From an uncultured virus (IMG/VR IMGVR_UViG_2823577039_000003) (taxonomy: Duplodnaviria; Heunggongvirae; Uroviricota; Caudoviricetes): a stretch of 64,000 nucleotides of DNA. Below, one piece after another: positions 28,619 through 38,714 of this stretch; positions within the stretch are counted from its first letter, which is position 1; each line of letters begins with the position of its first letter. Under the pieces are notes generated by a model. It had not been told where the DNA came from and did not search any database. It saw only the letters and a program-made list of their open reading frames with translations. Location: the IMG/VR virus record IMGVR_UViG_2823577039_000003; one strand, 5' to 3'. Both the position numbers and the translations under genes were made by a program.

Positions 28619-29446
28619 TCACAGACTCCTTGAGTTTTTGCGTGGCGCACCGGCCAACTTTGTAGGTGGAGCGATGTGTTGACCTACAGGGTTTTGATTA
28701 AATCCTTCTGCGTTGCGTAGCATTCCAGATTGAATGTGTGACAACGGAGTAGGCACGATAGTGTCTCCCATGAAATGGTCAGACTTTAGTTTCTGGACTC
28801 CTCGGTATTCCGAAGCCAAATCCATTTCCATGACGTTGCTTTGATTCATGGATTGTGAAGAAACCGGGGAAGTGCCTGCAAGAGACATCTCGGTTTGTGA
28901 AGGAACTTGAATAACCGCAGTGATTTCCGGAGACATGTTAGCCAAGACTTCAGAGATAACAGCGTTTTTAACATCATCATTAAGATCGGATTCTTCTACG
29001 GAAGTCAGGAAGCGATGTCCCGAGTCGCCACCATACTTAGTAATAAGCACAGTAGAAGTATCAGTGTCTTTGCCACCAGATTTAAACCAGTTAACGAAAC
29101 GATCGAAACCAGTAGATGGGCGTAGTTTAGTTAAACTAAAGTTATTGTTAGCCGTAGCATAAGAAACAGTGTAAGTTTCACCGTTGATGTTTAACACTTG
29201 ATTGAAACCTTGCATAGTAGGTGGAGCGAAAGTAGCATCGTCTGGTAGCACGGCCTTGGATAGTTGGGCATCACCAACAGGTGCAGTAACGCCTACACTG
29301 TCTCCGAAAAGTTGGTCGGCCAAACCTGCGTTCTCGGTGTAAGAACGAAGTTCATATTGAGCACCGAAGTTAGACAATACTCCATGCATAGCACCTTCCA
29401 TGGGGCTGCGTTTCAAAGTGTTTTGAATGGCGAGGTCCAGATTCAT
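28619..29446 (-). CDS. Hypothetical (putative virion) protein
   Basis: TATA motif at 29466-29476; LASE and RNAE motifs. Confidence 0.55.
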   Translation of the reverse strand: MNLDLAIQNTLKRSPMEGAMHGVLSNFGAQYELRSYTENAGLADQLFGDSVGVTAPVGDAQLSKAVLPDDATFAPPTMQGFNQVLNINGETYTVSYATANNNFSLTKLRPSTGFDRFVNWFKSGGKDTDTSTVLITKYGGDSGHRFLTSVEESDLNDDVKNAVISEVLANMSPEITAVIQVPSQTEMSLAGTSPVSSQSMNQSNVMEMDLASEYRGVQKLKSDHFMGDTIVPTPLSHIQSGMLRNAEGFNQNPVGQHIAPPTKLAGAPRKNSRSL

Positions 29447-29477
29447 AATATTACATCCTTGTTACAACTATTTATAC

Positions 29478-30371
29478 TTATTGCATACTACGCCTGACCA
29501 AGAGGATAGGTAGAACGATGGCAGAAACCGAGGCTACGCCGATTAAGGCCGGAGCCATATAAGATTTACGAGGGGCTTCAATTTCAATTTCCACGGTGTC
29601 AACTTGTGGAAACGCCGGGGCCATGACATCATGAGTTACGGCATCTAAATTAGGAAGTAGATCTACGACCTGTGAGGCTGGGGCTAAAGTTAATTGTTCT
29701 CGGGTTTCTACAACATCACATCCCGAGTAATTAGTTTGCGACCAAGTAGCGGCAGCGATTTGCACAACTTTAGGATAAATAATAGCATCGTAACCTAAAG
29801 TATCTTTATTATAGCCAGCAGAAGTTAAGTTATTGATAACACGAGCCAAGGTAACTTGACCTTCGTGATAACCGGGAGTGCCCATGGCTGGGAACAACCA
29901 GAGTTCGTATTCGGCAGGAAGCATAGAAGCGACTCGTTGAGCCACACCGAATTGGTCACGGGCTTCGGCTCGCATTTCCTCGGTAATAACAGGAGCGATG
30001 GGTTCAGCCATCATTTCTGGCTCGGGAGTTTCTTGATTCTCAAAATCAATACCCGAGTCCTCCACCACCGGCTGGTCTCCAGCCGTTTCAGGAGTAGTGG
30101 CATCTGAATCATCTACGACATCATCTAAAGCGACTTCTTCTTCAGGTGAATCATCATCATCGTCAGAAATACCTTCAGTTTTCGCAGCGACACCTGCTAA
30201 AGCGGCACCTGCCTTTTCCATAGCAGCACCTTTGGAATCTTTGGTTTCTTTATCGCCGGGGATTGCATCAGTTGTAGGAACAGAGTCCTTAACTTCTTCG
30301 TCTACACCTGCAGACTTTTCAATCTCGGCCTTTAAGTCTTCCAAATCCGGAGACAAATCTTCATCAGCCAT
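29478..30371 (-). CDS. Acidic tail-anchored protein
   Basis: Disordered acidic N-terminal half and C-terminal TM ALIGVASVSAIVLPILLV-RRSMQ. TATA motif at 30391-30401. Confidence 0.6.
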   Translation of the reverse strand: MADEDLSPDLEDLKAEIEKSAGVDEEVKDSVPTTDAIPGDKETKDSKGAAMEKAGAALAGVAAKTEGISDDDDDSPEEEVALDDVVDDSDATTPETAGDQPVVEDSGIDFENQETPEPEMMAEPIAPVITEEMRAEARDQFGVAQRVASMLPAEYELWLFPAMGTPGYHEGQVTLARVINNLTSAGYNKDTLGYDAIIYPKVVQIAAATWSQTNYSGCDVVETREQLTLAPASQVVDLLPNLDAVTHDVMAPAFPQVDTVEIEIEAPRKSYMAPALIGVASVSAIVLPILLVRRSMQ

Positions 30372-30390
30372 AAAGTAGATAGGAGGCTAC

Positions 30391-30401
30391 AACTATTTAT
30401 A
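30391..30401 (-). promoter_or_regulatory. TATA promoter TATAAATAGTT
   Basis: 19 nt spacer to ATG 30371. Confidence 0.8.
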
Positions 30402-30402
30402 C

Positions 30403-30921
30403 TTATTCTTCCTCTCGGGAGAAAACAGTGAAGTTATAATCTACACCTGCCAATTCTGGTTCGTAGAGAGCAATAGTGATTTCACCACTCCCAAAAGTAT
30501 TAACCATAGCACCTTCTAAATACTCAGGTTGTTCGGCAGCATAAACCCAAACTGGAAGTTTGGTAACCACGGTGTCATCACCCTCTAACTGGGTATCAAT
30601 AAGTATAGTAGGAACACCGTTCATATCATTAGCAGATAAAATCCGGTTAACAGTATATTCAGGAGCACGAGGATCGGGTTCACCAACTTGGAATTGATAA
30701 GTAGCAATTCGGACTCCATCACTACCATGATAGCCAGAGTAAGCCCATGCTTTCAATTCGGTAAGAGAAGTGACTTCAAAGAAACTGGGAAAAGCCACAG
30801 CATGATGCCCCCAATGAACATAATCTAAATCATTCATATCAAAAGCGGCGGCTTGTTCAGCAGGAATACCATTTTCCGCATAATATTCTCTAAACTTATC
30901 GTTAAGATCAGAATCAGACAT
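30403..30921 (-). CDS. Hypothetical beta-rich protein
   Basis: Start MSDSDL follows the promoter variant at 30941-30951. Confidence 0.55.
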   Translation of the reverse strand: MSDSDLNDKFREYYAENGIPAEQAAAFDMNDLDYVHWGHHAVAFPSFFEVTSLTELKAWAYSGYHGSDGVRIATYQFQVGEPDPRAPEYTVNRILSANDMNGVPTILIDTQLEGDDTVVTKLPVWVYAAEQPEYLEGAMVNTFGSGEITIALYEPELAGVDYNFTVFSREEE

Positions 30922-30983
30922 ACACTTTAGTGGTGAAACCACATACTTATAACTTCCTTTCCCCTGAATGTAAAGCATTCAAG

Positions 30984-31547
30984 TTAAAGTTTTAGTATCA
31001 AAAAGCCTGCTATGGCCATCAAGACTCCGACAGCACCTTGCATATTAAGTGGTTCAGGTTCAAAACTTTCGGCTCCTAATTCTACGTTAACATCATACCG
31101 ATAGTAAACATTAAGTTCTTCAACTTTTTCGTCCTCGTTAACATAGTTAACATAAGTAATGCCTTGAGAACTCGGGTCACGCTCGTTTTCATATTCATAA
31201 ATGATGTGGTCTTGAACAGCAGAATCAATTAAAGCAATTAATTCATCGTTGTCAACTTCATCATCATCCATATCAAAGATAGTCCACTCATAACCAACCA
31301 TAACATCAGCCGCTACGTTACCAGATTCAGTGTAATCAGCACCGAAACCTAACATTTCTTTAATGGCTTTTCTACGAACTCCTGAATAATCACGACGAGT
31401 AGATTTTTTACGATTAGGATCACGAATTAAACCACGATATCTATAACTTCTAACGTTTTCAGCACCAAATGGGGCTTGGGAAGTATACTTATAGGGATTA
31501 TAGTCATCTACAGTTTGGTAATTTCCAGTGTAGGTGACACCTGTCAT
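30984..31547 (-). CDS. Tail-anchored protein with FGAE/FGAD/LGAE motifs
   Basis: C-terminal TM GAVGVLMAIAGFLILKL. Start is 31547 or 31562. Confidence 0.6.
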   Translation of the reverse strand: MTGVTYTGNYQTVDDYNPYKYTSQAPFGAENVRSYRYRGLIRDPNRKKSTRRDYSGVRRKAIKEMLGFGADYTESGNVAADVMVGYEWTIFDMDDDEVDNDELIALIDSAVQDHIIYEYENERDPSSQGITYVNYVNEDEKVEELNVYYRYDVNVELGAESFEPEPLNMQGAVGVLMAIAGFLILKL

Positions 31548-31558
31548 AGTGGACCGCC

Positions 31559-33547
31559 TCACTTCTTGGAGGCTAACATGTATCCGAGGTAAGCCAAAAT
31601 ACCGCCGCCAGCAACCATAGCCATAGGGCTTTGGAACATACTTGGCTTTTGGTAACGAGCACCCATACCGTCAATAGTCTCGGAGAGAAGCAACATGAAC
31701 TCATCTCCAGTCATGTATTCTCCTTCGGGACTCATTTCATCCACGAACTCGTAAGGATGATATGCATCAGGACGTGCTTCTTGCACGGCTACGGATTCAG
31801 GAGCCTCTGCGCTACCATACCATTGAGGTGCGCCACGACCGCCAATAGCGGAATCGTTACCCCATGAGTTGTTAACCAAAGGAACTCCTTGGACGTGAGT
31901 AGTTTCTACATTGTCGGAGTAGACAACTTCGTTGACTTCTGCACCATACATTTGTGGAACTCCGTTTCCAGAGCCACCGGCAGAATCTTCTCCCCATGAG
32001 TTAGCAATAACTGGTAGACCGACACCAAGAGCATCTTCTCCACCAACTTGTTCAAATACTAAGGGGTTGACTTCAGCATCCATAGTCATAACATCGTCAT
32101 ACTTACGGTGCATACGAGTGTGCATCTTATCCATAGCAGCCGCTTCATCTCGGCGGTCATGCTTGGATTGAGAATGAGGACCACGGTGTCGCATTCCAAG
32201 TGATTCATCCATCTTATCATTATAGCCTTGTTCAGCACCATACCATTGTGGAACTCCACGTCCGCCAATAGCGGAATCTTCGCCACGAGTATTAGGAACA
32301 ATAGGAACTCCTTGAACATGAGTTTCATCTACATTGTCAGACATAACTACTTCGTTAACTTCAGCACTACCATACCATTGTGGAACACCTTGTCCACTAA
32401 CAATTGCGGAGTTAGTTCCATAAGCATTAGCAGGAGCAAGAATATCAACGCCCGCATCAGGCATCATAACGAAGTTTTCGTCAGAGCCGGGTTGCTCAAT
32501 TCCATCTGCAGAGTAGTGAATCATATGATCGTAATCGCCACCGGCTTGTCCAAAGGCTTGAGTAGTCATAACTTGACGCATTTCTTCTCCCATTGGAACA
32601 ACTTCAGTCAGTGGTGTGGCCTCAACTTCAGCATCAAACTTCATAGCCTTAGCAGCACGAGCAGCCTTACGAGCCTTGCTTCGTGCCTTAGCACTTAGAC
32701 GGTGTTTAAGAGTTGCCGACTTGGGACCCATTTTATCAGTCTTCATAGGATTGACGTGTCCGACCTCGCCTTCAGCAGCGTTATCAAAAGTATCTTGAGG
32801 AGTGTATCCTCCTTCTACACCAGAAGGATCGTATTTAACGTTAGCCGTGCTGTAGGTTTCAGCCGGTGGGTTATCTGCCATTGGGTCAGAAACTTGAAGT
32901 GCTTCTGATTCAGGGGCTGCTTCTGCTTCTGCAGAGAATCCTTCATTCTGTGGGTTTTCGGTTAGTGGACGAGATTCATCGTAAGAAGATGGAGTTGGTG
33001 CGACCGATGTTGGGTCTACGAACTCTGCTGACTTCTGATTGATAACATCGCCAATTTCGCTTTCTAATTTGTTTATAGTTTCCAAGATATCCTTCTCCTC
33101 GTAAATAAATGTGTTAATCAAGAATGTGCCGGGGGTTGTGTTTGCGCCAACGGCTTCCAACTGTGACATATCGGTAGCACTCGGGTCGGCTTCCCTCATA
33201 GTAATGGTATCAGTTCCATCAGTAACAACATAGGGTGGGCTTTGGCCGCCTTCGTCGTAAGTTCGCATTTCAACCATACCTTGTCGGTTAGGTCCACGAA
33301 CCTTAACGGTGGTGCCTTCGTCACGAATAGCAAGTGGGGTGTAACCATGGTTGTCCACACGGGACTTATGGTAGAAAAGAGCACATCGGTAGAGTTGGTT
33401 ACGAACCTCTTCCGGCAATCCATCATACTGGTTCTTCTTCAAAATCCAGACGTTATCATAAAAGTTTAAAGTATCATTTTTTGATGATGCATCAAAGCCC
33501 CAGTAGTCTTGGGATAGAATATATACACGCTCTCGGGATTCTGCCAT
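31559..33547 (-). CDS. Large tail-anchored protein with GxGVPQWYG(S)AE repeats
   Basis: Four copies of DSAxxGxGxPQ[WM]YG(S)AE. C-terminal TM MAMVAGGGILAYLGYMLA-SKK. TATA motif at 33567-33577. Confidence 0.65.
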   Translation of the reverse strand: MAESRERVYILSQDYWGFDASSKNDTLNFYDNVWILKKNQYDGLPEEVRNQLYRCALFYHKSRVDNHGYTPLAIRDEGTTVKVRGPNRQGMVEMRTYDEGGQSPPYVVTDGTDTITMREADPSATDMSQLEAVGANTTPGTFLINTFIYEEKDILETINKLESEIGDVINQKSAEFVDPTSVAPTPSSYDESRPLTENPQNEGFSAEAEAAPESEALQVSDPMADNPPAETYSTANVKYDPSGVEGGYTPQDTFDNAAEGEVGHVNPMKTDKMGPKSATLKHRLSAKARSKARKAARAAKAMKFDAEVEATPLTEVVPMGEEMRQVMTTQAFGQAGGDYDHMIHYSADGIEQPGSDENFVMMPDAGVDILAPANAYGTNSAIVSGQGVPQWYGSAEVNEVVMSDNVDETHVQGVPIVPNTRGEDSAIGGRGVPQWYGAEQGYNDKMDESLGMRHRGPHSQSKHDRRDEAAAMDKMHTRMHRKYDDVMTMDAEVNPLVFEQVGGEDALGVGLPVIANSWGEDSAGGSGNGVPQMYGAEVNEVVYSDNVETTHVQGVPLVNNSWGNDSAIGGRGAPQWYGSAEAPESVAVQEARPDAYHPYEFVDEMSPEGEYMTGDEFMLLLSETIDGMGARYQKPSMFQSPMAMVAGGGILAYLGYMLASKK
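31806..32460 (-). repeat. Intragenic imperfect repeats (~40 aa unit ending PQWYG(S)AE)
   Basis: Also visible in DNA: + strand ccataccattg near 31815, 32238 and 32370, and ccgccaatagcggaatc twice. Confidence 0.75.
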
Positions 33548-33566
33548 ATCAATTACTCTCCTTCTT

Positions 33567-33577
33567 AACTATTTATA
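33567..33577 (-). promoter_or_regulatory. TATA promoter TATAAATAGTT
   Basis: 19 nt spacer to ATG 33547. Confidence 0.8.
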
Positions 33578-33583
33578 ATTTAC

Positions 33584-34495
33584 TTATACTCTCCTGAGCA
33601 TAATTTCAAAACCACCACTCTGAGGAATGGCTTGCACAGTAGTATCACTATGTCGTAATAGAGTGTGGGTGCGACTCCACTGATCCAAAGAAGCAGTGGT
33701 TCCATCAGGTCCAGTGTAACTGGCGTTAACCGATGGGTCTAAAGATAGTTTACCCATACGACCGTTGTAGTTTTCTTCTCCGGATTCACGAGAGAGGCTA
33801 CCAAAGCGGTTGGCTCCTTGTTCGGGAGCATCGCTAACAATAAATGGTGCATCTACAATAGAAACCATGTAAGGCATATCTACAAACGCTTCGGGCGGTG
33901 GCTTAGGAACTCCTAATGCACGAGGAGAATTGTTGTAAACTCCAACGCCGGGGGTTTGTGAAATTGGGACAGAGGGATGACGCACTTTAACGTCAGAAGG
34001 TGGTTGACCTGTGGAAGTCAAATAAGGTGCTTGGCCGGGGGCTTGAGATTCAAAGGAACGGTGTCCGGGCATTTCAGCAGCCAGTTCTTTAGGAACATAT
34101 TCTTTCATAGGGTGGCTACGACGATTCATATCAGCCATCAAATAATTTTCTTCAGCAGCCATCATAAGGTCGTCATCGCTGTAGCCTAAATCATATGGAT
34201 TTTCGTAAACGGCTTGAACGTCAATAACACCGGGACCCCAAGGTGCATCATTAGCCACCATAGTGGTGTGCTCTAAGTCAAGGAATTGGTATCCCATAAA
34301 GGCTTCGGTTAATCCGACGGGAATGGTGTCTAAAGTTTGACCACTTCTTTCAATCTGCATTTCTTCTAAATCAGCAGCCGTCCAGTGAGCAGGTGCATTA
34401 AAGATTTTACCTACTGCAGTTGACCTAAGTGCATAAGCAGTTCCGACAATAGCAGCGGCCCCTGCTAAGAAATAACCTAATGGGCTGAATCGCAT
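33584..34495 (-). CDS. N-terminally anchored Pro-rich protein
   Basis: TM segment LGYFLAGAAAIVGTAYAL; MAAE and LAAE motifs. TATA motif at 34515-34525. Confidence 0.6.
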   Translation of the reverse strand: MRFSPLGYFLAGAAAIVGTAYALRSTAVGKIFNAPAHWTAADLEEMQIERSGQTLDTIPVGLTEAFMGYQFLDLEHTTMVANDAPWGPGVIDVQAVYENPYDLGYSDDDLMMAAEENYLMADMNRRSHPMKEYVPKELAAEMPGHRSFESQAPGQAPYLTSTGQPPSDVKVRHPSVPISQTPGVGVYNNSPRALGVPKPPPEAFVDMPYMVSIVDAPFIVSDAPEQGANRFGSLSRESGEENYNGRMGKLSLDPSVNASYTGPDGTTASLDQWSRTHTLLRHSDTTVQAIPQSGGFEIMLRRV

Positions 34496-34520
34496 GGTAG
34501 TAATTCCTCGTCCCGACTAT

Positions 34521-35912
34521 TTATACTTTAGGATTAACACCTTTTTCTAAAAGGTCTAAGCCATTCAACATTTCATTTATTTGTTTTATCTGATAATCCA
34601 CTTGAGAGGTGCGTCCGAAGTTTAACTCACCATAAATATAATTATATCCTCGTTCCAATGCCTCCCGCTTCTTATAGGAACTTACATCTTGAGTGCTATA
34701 CATCATTTTGGGAATTGAAGTCTTGACTGAACTGGGTAGTCCTAACACACCCCAACCCTGACAAGTTTTACATATTCGGTTGGAACTACCACCTTTACCA
34801 TTACATTTATTACAATGTTCAATCTCAAAAGTAGGGAGTTCTGGTTCAAAACCTAAATCTTTCATAGTCTTTTCAAAATCAATATAATCTAAATCAGTGG
34901 GTATTTTTCCTAAACGATTTCCCGATCTAAAATCAGTGGTAGGGTTAATGCCACTAACGATGCGTAAAACCTCAAAAGCATCTCGCAATTGTTCTAAACC
35001 TCTTCTCATAAATATAATATTTTCAGGTGTTAGGGTTTCATAAATCTTTCGGGATTTATCATATTCTTCTAAAGTAGTTTTGACTACATTATGATACTTC
35101 CATAAACCATCATAATAAGACATAAGTATTCTGCGGACATCATCAGTTCGGAAATCTAAATCAGAAGTTACTTCCCAACCAGATTCATCCAATAATTTAT
35201 CTATCATTTTATTAGTCCCATACTGGCCATAATAATTTTGTTGCCAGATGTCTTTCACGCCATAAAGACGGTTAACTTTCATTCGGTTCCATAAACGAGT
35301 AGACCGTGGTAATCTTTTCCATAATTGTTTTAGACCATCACTCCACCCGCCAAAATAATAACCTCTATCAGATGTCTCTCTAAAAAGCAAATACATTAAT
35401 CCTACGGAACCTAACTTTCTGGTAAGCAGGTGGTAAGCACGAAGAGCATGAGCATAGGCAGTTCTATCTTTCGGATCCATGGTGCTTAATTGAGTTTGCA
35501 TAGGTAAACCTTTCCACTGACGGTAACGCCCGGTTTGGTCAACATAATGTGGAGAATCAACGTTTTGCATATTAGGGTGGGATTGAATACTGGCTGCGGC
35601 CTGAAGTTGAGTTGCTAAATCTGCGGACAAGATGGTGCTAACGGATTGGTTAAACAAACTGTTACGCAAACGAGAGTAATTGGCTTCGGGGCTGGAACCA
35701 GCCAAACACTCGTAAATATAATCATTATAATCAGTAGTTAACTCTACTAAGTCTCCATAGTTTAGATTTTCACTAATCCAAACTGCATAGGGTAAAACGG
35801 TGCGACGATATTCATAATACTTACGCTCTCCTTTAAGATTACGAACAGAAGTTAGAGATTTTTGAAGCCCTGCAAAACAACGGTCTAAACCATCTATCCA
35901 ATTGATAATCAT
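34521..35912 (-). CDS. Helical protein with DnaJ-type CxxCxGxG zinc finger
   Basis: Contains CNKCNGKG..CKTCQGWG. SD GGAGGT precedes ATG 35912. Confidence 0.6.
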   Translation of the reverse strand: MIINWIDGLDRCFAGLQKSLTSVRNLKGERKYYEYRRTVLPYAVWISENLNYGDLVELTTDYNDYIYECLAGSSPEANYSRLRNSLFNQSVSTILSADLATQLQAAASIQSHPNMQNVDSPHYVDQTGRYRQWKGLPMQTQLSTMDPKDRTAYAHALRAYHLLTRKLGSVGLMYLLFRETSDRGYYFGGWSDGLKQLWKRLPRSTRLWNRMKVNRLYGVKDIWQQNYYGQYGTNKMIDKLLDESGWEVTSDLDFRTDDVRRILMSYYDGLWKYHNVVKTTLEEYDKSRKIYETLTPENIIFMRRGLEQLRDAFEVLRIVSGINPTTDFRSGNRLGKIPTDLDYIDFEKTMKDLGFEPELPTFEIEHCNKCNGKGGSSNRICKTCQGWGVLGLPSSVKTSIPKMMYSTQDVSSYKKREALERGYNYIYGELNFGRTSQVDYQIKQINEMLNGLDLLEKGVNPKV

Positions 35913-35916
35913 GAAA

Positions 35917-36954
35917 TTACCTCCACAAATAATCAGCAAATCTTTCAAAGCCATTAAAGGGTTGATAACCTTGTTGCACTCCACCATATTGTAATTCCAT
36001 AAGTTTATAATCTTCTAAACGATTGTCACCCACAGGATGTTTCTTAACTTGATTACCTAAATAATCTCGCAATACATTTCGGTTGAAAAACATTTCATAA
36101 TCTAATTCATTCGGGATAAGTTGGGTAGGATAACCATAATTCATGGCATCATAACCAAGGTCTTTATGATTCAAGGCTACGAATCCTGCATTGAACTCTT
36201 CGGCTTCTAATCTTTCACCAGCATCTTCACGGACTTTTCTCCATGCTAAGTCGTGACGAATAAATATAAGTTCATTAAGATCTTCCGTGGTCTGCAGTTC
36301 TTTTCCGCTAACAGGTTCAATCCAAATAACGTCGGCAGTAGTGGGGCGAACACGATAAATATGAGCAGTGGTTAAATGTCCTGCATTTTTGCCGGGGCGT
36401 GAAACCGATACTACGTCACCGGGTTCCCAATCACGACTCAACTGTTCATAGTTGCCAATTTTCTTGTGAGCAAATTGTTTAGCAATATTTATTTCTGCTT
36501 GTGGTTTAGTATACTCAGATTCGGGAGCAATTCTTTCTCGCAACAAGGCTAAATTGATGTCACGAGCCTGACGTTCTTCACGAGCCTTATAATAAGCGTT
36601 AAGAATAATAGGATCAGATATTCCTCGTTGGGGTCGGTCGTCAATTAAACCAGATAAATCAGGTCCATTACGGGTAGAAAAGGGAACACCGCCTTCAGCA
36701 TAGAACTCTAAATAAGGTTCGTAAGCAGGATGAATATCTTCTTCGTGAATAATGGGAGGTTCACGGATTCGGAGATAATCGGTAACATCATCAAAGCGAC
36801 GAATTAAAATTAAATCATCGTAGTTTTCATAGGATTGCTTCTGGTCTTCCCAGATAACTCTAACTCGGTCAAAGTCTACATCTACAATAGTGCCAATAGA
36901 ACCATAACCTTCAATAGCAATTGAAGTAATTTTATCTCCTAAGTTCCACTTCAT
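35917..36954 (-). CDS. Protein with two SH3/KOW-like repeats
   Basis: WNLGDKI..GTIVDVDFDRVRVIW..DDLILI and WEPGDVV..AHIYRVRPTTADVIW..NELIFI. ATGA overlap start at 36954. Confidence 0.55.
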   Translation of the reverse strand: MKWNLGDKITSIAIEGYGSIGTIVDVDFDRVRVIWEDQKQSYENYDDLILIRRFDDVTDYLRIREPPIIHEEDIHPAYEPYLEFYAEGGVPFSTRNGPDLSGLIDDRPQRGISDPIILNAYYKAREERQARDINLALLRERIAPESEYTKPQAEINIAKQFAHKKIGNYEQLSRDWEPGDVVSVSRPGKNAGHLTTAHIYRVRPTTADVIWIEPVSGKELQTTEDLNELIFIRHDLAWRKVREDAGERLEAEEFNAGFVALNHKDLGYDAMNYGYPTQLIPNELDYEMFFNRNVLRDYLGNQVKKHPVGDNRLEDYKLMELQYGGVQQGYQPFNGFERFADYLWR

Positions 36955-37367
36955 AGACCTCGCCTGCCAATAAATATACCAGCAGTCAAAACCAAGCCGC
37001 CGAATACAATAAGGCCCCAATAATCTTTAACAGCATTGTTAATAGCATCTACGGGCGACATTTTAATTTCGGCTGCATTAGCATTAAAATTATCTCGGGC
37101 TTCTGCCCTCCAATCTACTTCTACAGGACGAACCTTGACTGCTTCGGGAGAAGATTCAGGAACTGGGTGCACTTCTGGTGCAAACGGAGAAGCCGCTAAA
37201 TCCACACCTAACTCTGCCAGAGTGTATTCAGTTTGAGGAACTTTATTACGAAAAGCCGATGACGGCATAAAAACACCATCAGGAAGAACTAACCCAGATT
37301 CACGATCTTCTTGTGAACCTACATTAGAGTCACGACGGACGTAACCATCAACCATGTTAGTAGGCAT
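36951..37367 (-). CDS. Tail-anchored protein
   Basis: Ends YWGLIVFGGLVLTAGIFIG-RRGL. TATA motif at 37387-37397. Confidence 0.6.
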   Translation of the reverse strand: MPTNMVDGYVRRDSNVGSQEDRESGLVLPDGVFMPSSAFRNKVPQTEYTLAELGVDLAASPFAPEVHPVPESSPEAVKVRPVEVDWRAEARDNFNANAAEIKMSPVDAINNAVKDYWGLIVFGGLVLTAGIFIGRRGL

Positions 37368-37415
37368 AATAATAAGTTACCTGCACAACTATTTATAGTT
37401 GTTCATATCAGTTGG

Positions 37416-38345
37416 TTACTTTTTTCCCCAGTTTCTCCAAATCCAAGATTTCACGAGACGTTTTTTAGTTAGGTCTTTCCAATAGAATTGTCTCTTACTA
37501 CCTCGTAAACCAAAGTTGGGGTTAAGGCTGTTCACATACCGTTTCGCCTGACTCACTGTCTTAAACATTCGTATTTGATTCGGTAATTTAATGTCATCTC
37601 CTTTCTTGAAGGACGCGTTTCCCGTAGATGAAACTATCACTGTTTTTTGATATTTTCCATTTTTATCCTGTCCACTAAATCTGCCATTTGTTTGGGCTTT
37701 GAAAGACGGCACACCAATCACACGCACTATATAATCATTTTGGTTACAAGAATAGCCTTCACACTTCCGGATTTCGTAAGTTTTCCCTTTCCAATTTTTA
37801 GGTGCATTGGTGTTATATCCATCTTTATCATAAGCACCAAACTCTTTATCTTCGGCTGCATAATCAGTAGAGGGATACTCTTGATAATTATCAGGATTGG
37901 TTGCCCACTGCATAGCCGAAGGATATGGCTGGAAGGGAACATTCTTGATGTCGCCATAAGTTTGAATATCTACGAAAGGTTCCCATGGATTGTTACTTTG
38001 GGGTGTGGGATAATTATCTGGATTAGGAATAACCATGCCGGGGTGAATTGTGTTAGCAAAGGTGCGACCTTGGCCACTAATGTTTTGTGTAAACTGTGGG
38101 AAAATTACGCTTTCAGCACCCATGATATCTTCGGAACCTTGCACTTCAGTAGGATTGAGATGATTAACGTGGTTAGAAGAACCAGAAACATCCTCAGTCA
38201 TTTCGGAGTTAAACAAAAATTGTTCTCGTTGTGGGTAATTATACCAATTGGCTAAATCGTTAACTTCTTGAGCAGTAGTTTCAGCACTGGATTCTTCTTC
38301 CTCTACTGGCTCGGAAAAGCCAAAGAAGGAGCGAACACGATCCAT
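37416..38345 (-). CDS. Protein with acidic xAE-containing N-half and basic C-terminal domain (may start at 38399)
   Basis: SSAE, MGAE and YAAE precede a K/R-rich domain. The frame stays open upstream as xGDCNCGDKSEEVVEPTF. Confidence 0.6.
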   Translation of the reverse strand: MDRVRSFFGFSEPVEEEESSAETTAQEVNDLANWYNYPQREQFLFNSEMTEDVSGSSNHVNHLNPTEVQGSEDIMGAESVIFPQFTQNISGQGRTFANTIHPGMVIPNPDNYPTPQSNNPWEPFVDIQTYGDIKNVPFQPYPSAMQWATNPDNYQEYPSTDYAAEDKEFGAYDKDGYNTNAPKNWKGKTYEIRKCEGYSCNQNDYIVRVIGVPSFKAQTNGRFSGQDKNGKYQKTVIVSSTGNASFKKGDDIKLPNQIRMFKTVSQAKRYVNSLNPNFGLRGSKRQFYWKDLTKKRLVKSWIWRNWGKK

Positions 38346-38401
38346 GAAAGTAGGTTCTACAACCTCTTCGGATTTGTCTCCACAGTTGCAGTCACCGATG
38401 A

Positions 38402-38707
38402 TTAAGCCCCCTGTAAAAAGGATGGGGTGCCAGTAATATAATCAATCATACCAGATGGGCTGGGGTTAGGAACTCCACCGTAAAGGTGGTTAAGTTCTAC
38501 ATTGGCAATACTTCGCTCTTGAGCATTAGTCATAGCCATGTCAGAAAAAGGAAGGGCACGAGTAGCGACACCATCAATTTCCATCATTTCAGCAGCCATT
38601 CGTGAATCAACTTCATCGTCGGCAGGAGTCATAACTTTATAGACAACAAATGCTGCGATGCCGAGACCAACTAAAGACATCACATGGTTTGCACTAATCA
38701 AGTTCAA
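38402..38707 (-). CDS. Small N-anchored membrane protein
   Basis: TTG start with a GAGGGG SD, TM segment VMSLVGLGIAAFVVY, and an MAAE motif. Confidence 0.55.
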   Translation of the reverse strand: MNLISANHVMSLVGLGIAAFVVYKVMTPADDEVDSRMAAEMMEIDGVATRALPFSDMAMTNAQERSIANVELNHLYGGVPNPSPSGMIDYITGTPSFLQGA

Positions 38708-38714
38708 AACCCCC

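Noticed and set aside
31806..32460. CRISPR array or DGR template/variable repeat
   Set aside because: The repeats are degenerate, in frame and protein-coding. There is no constant repeat-spacer period, no adenine-specific mismatch pattern and no reverse transcriptase.
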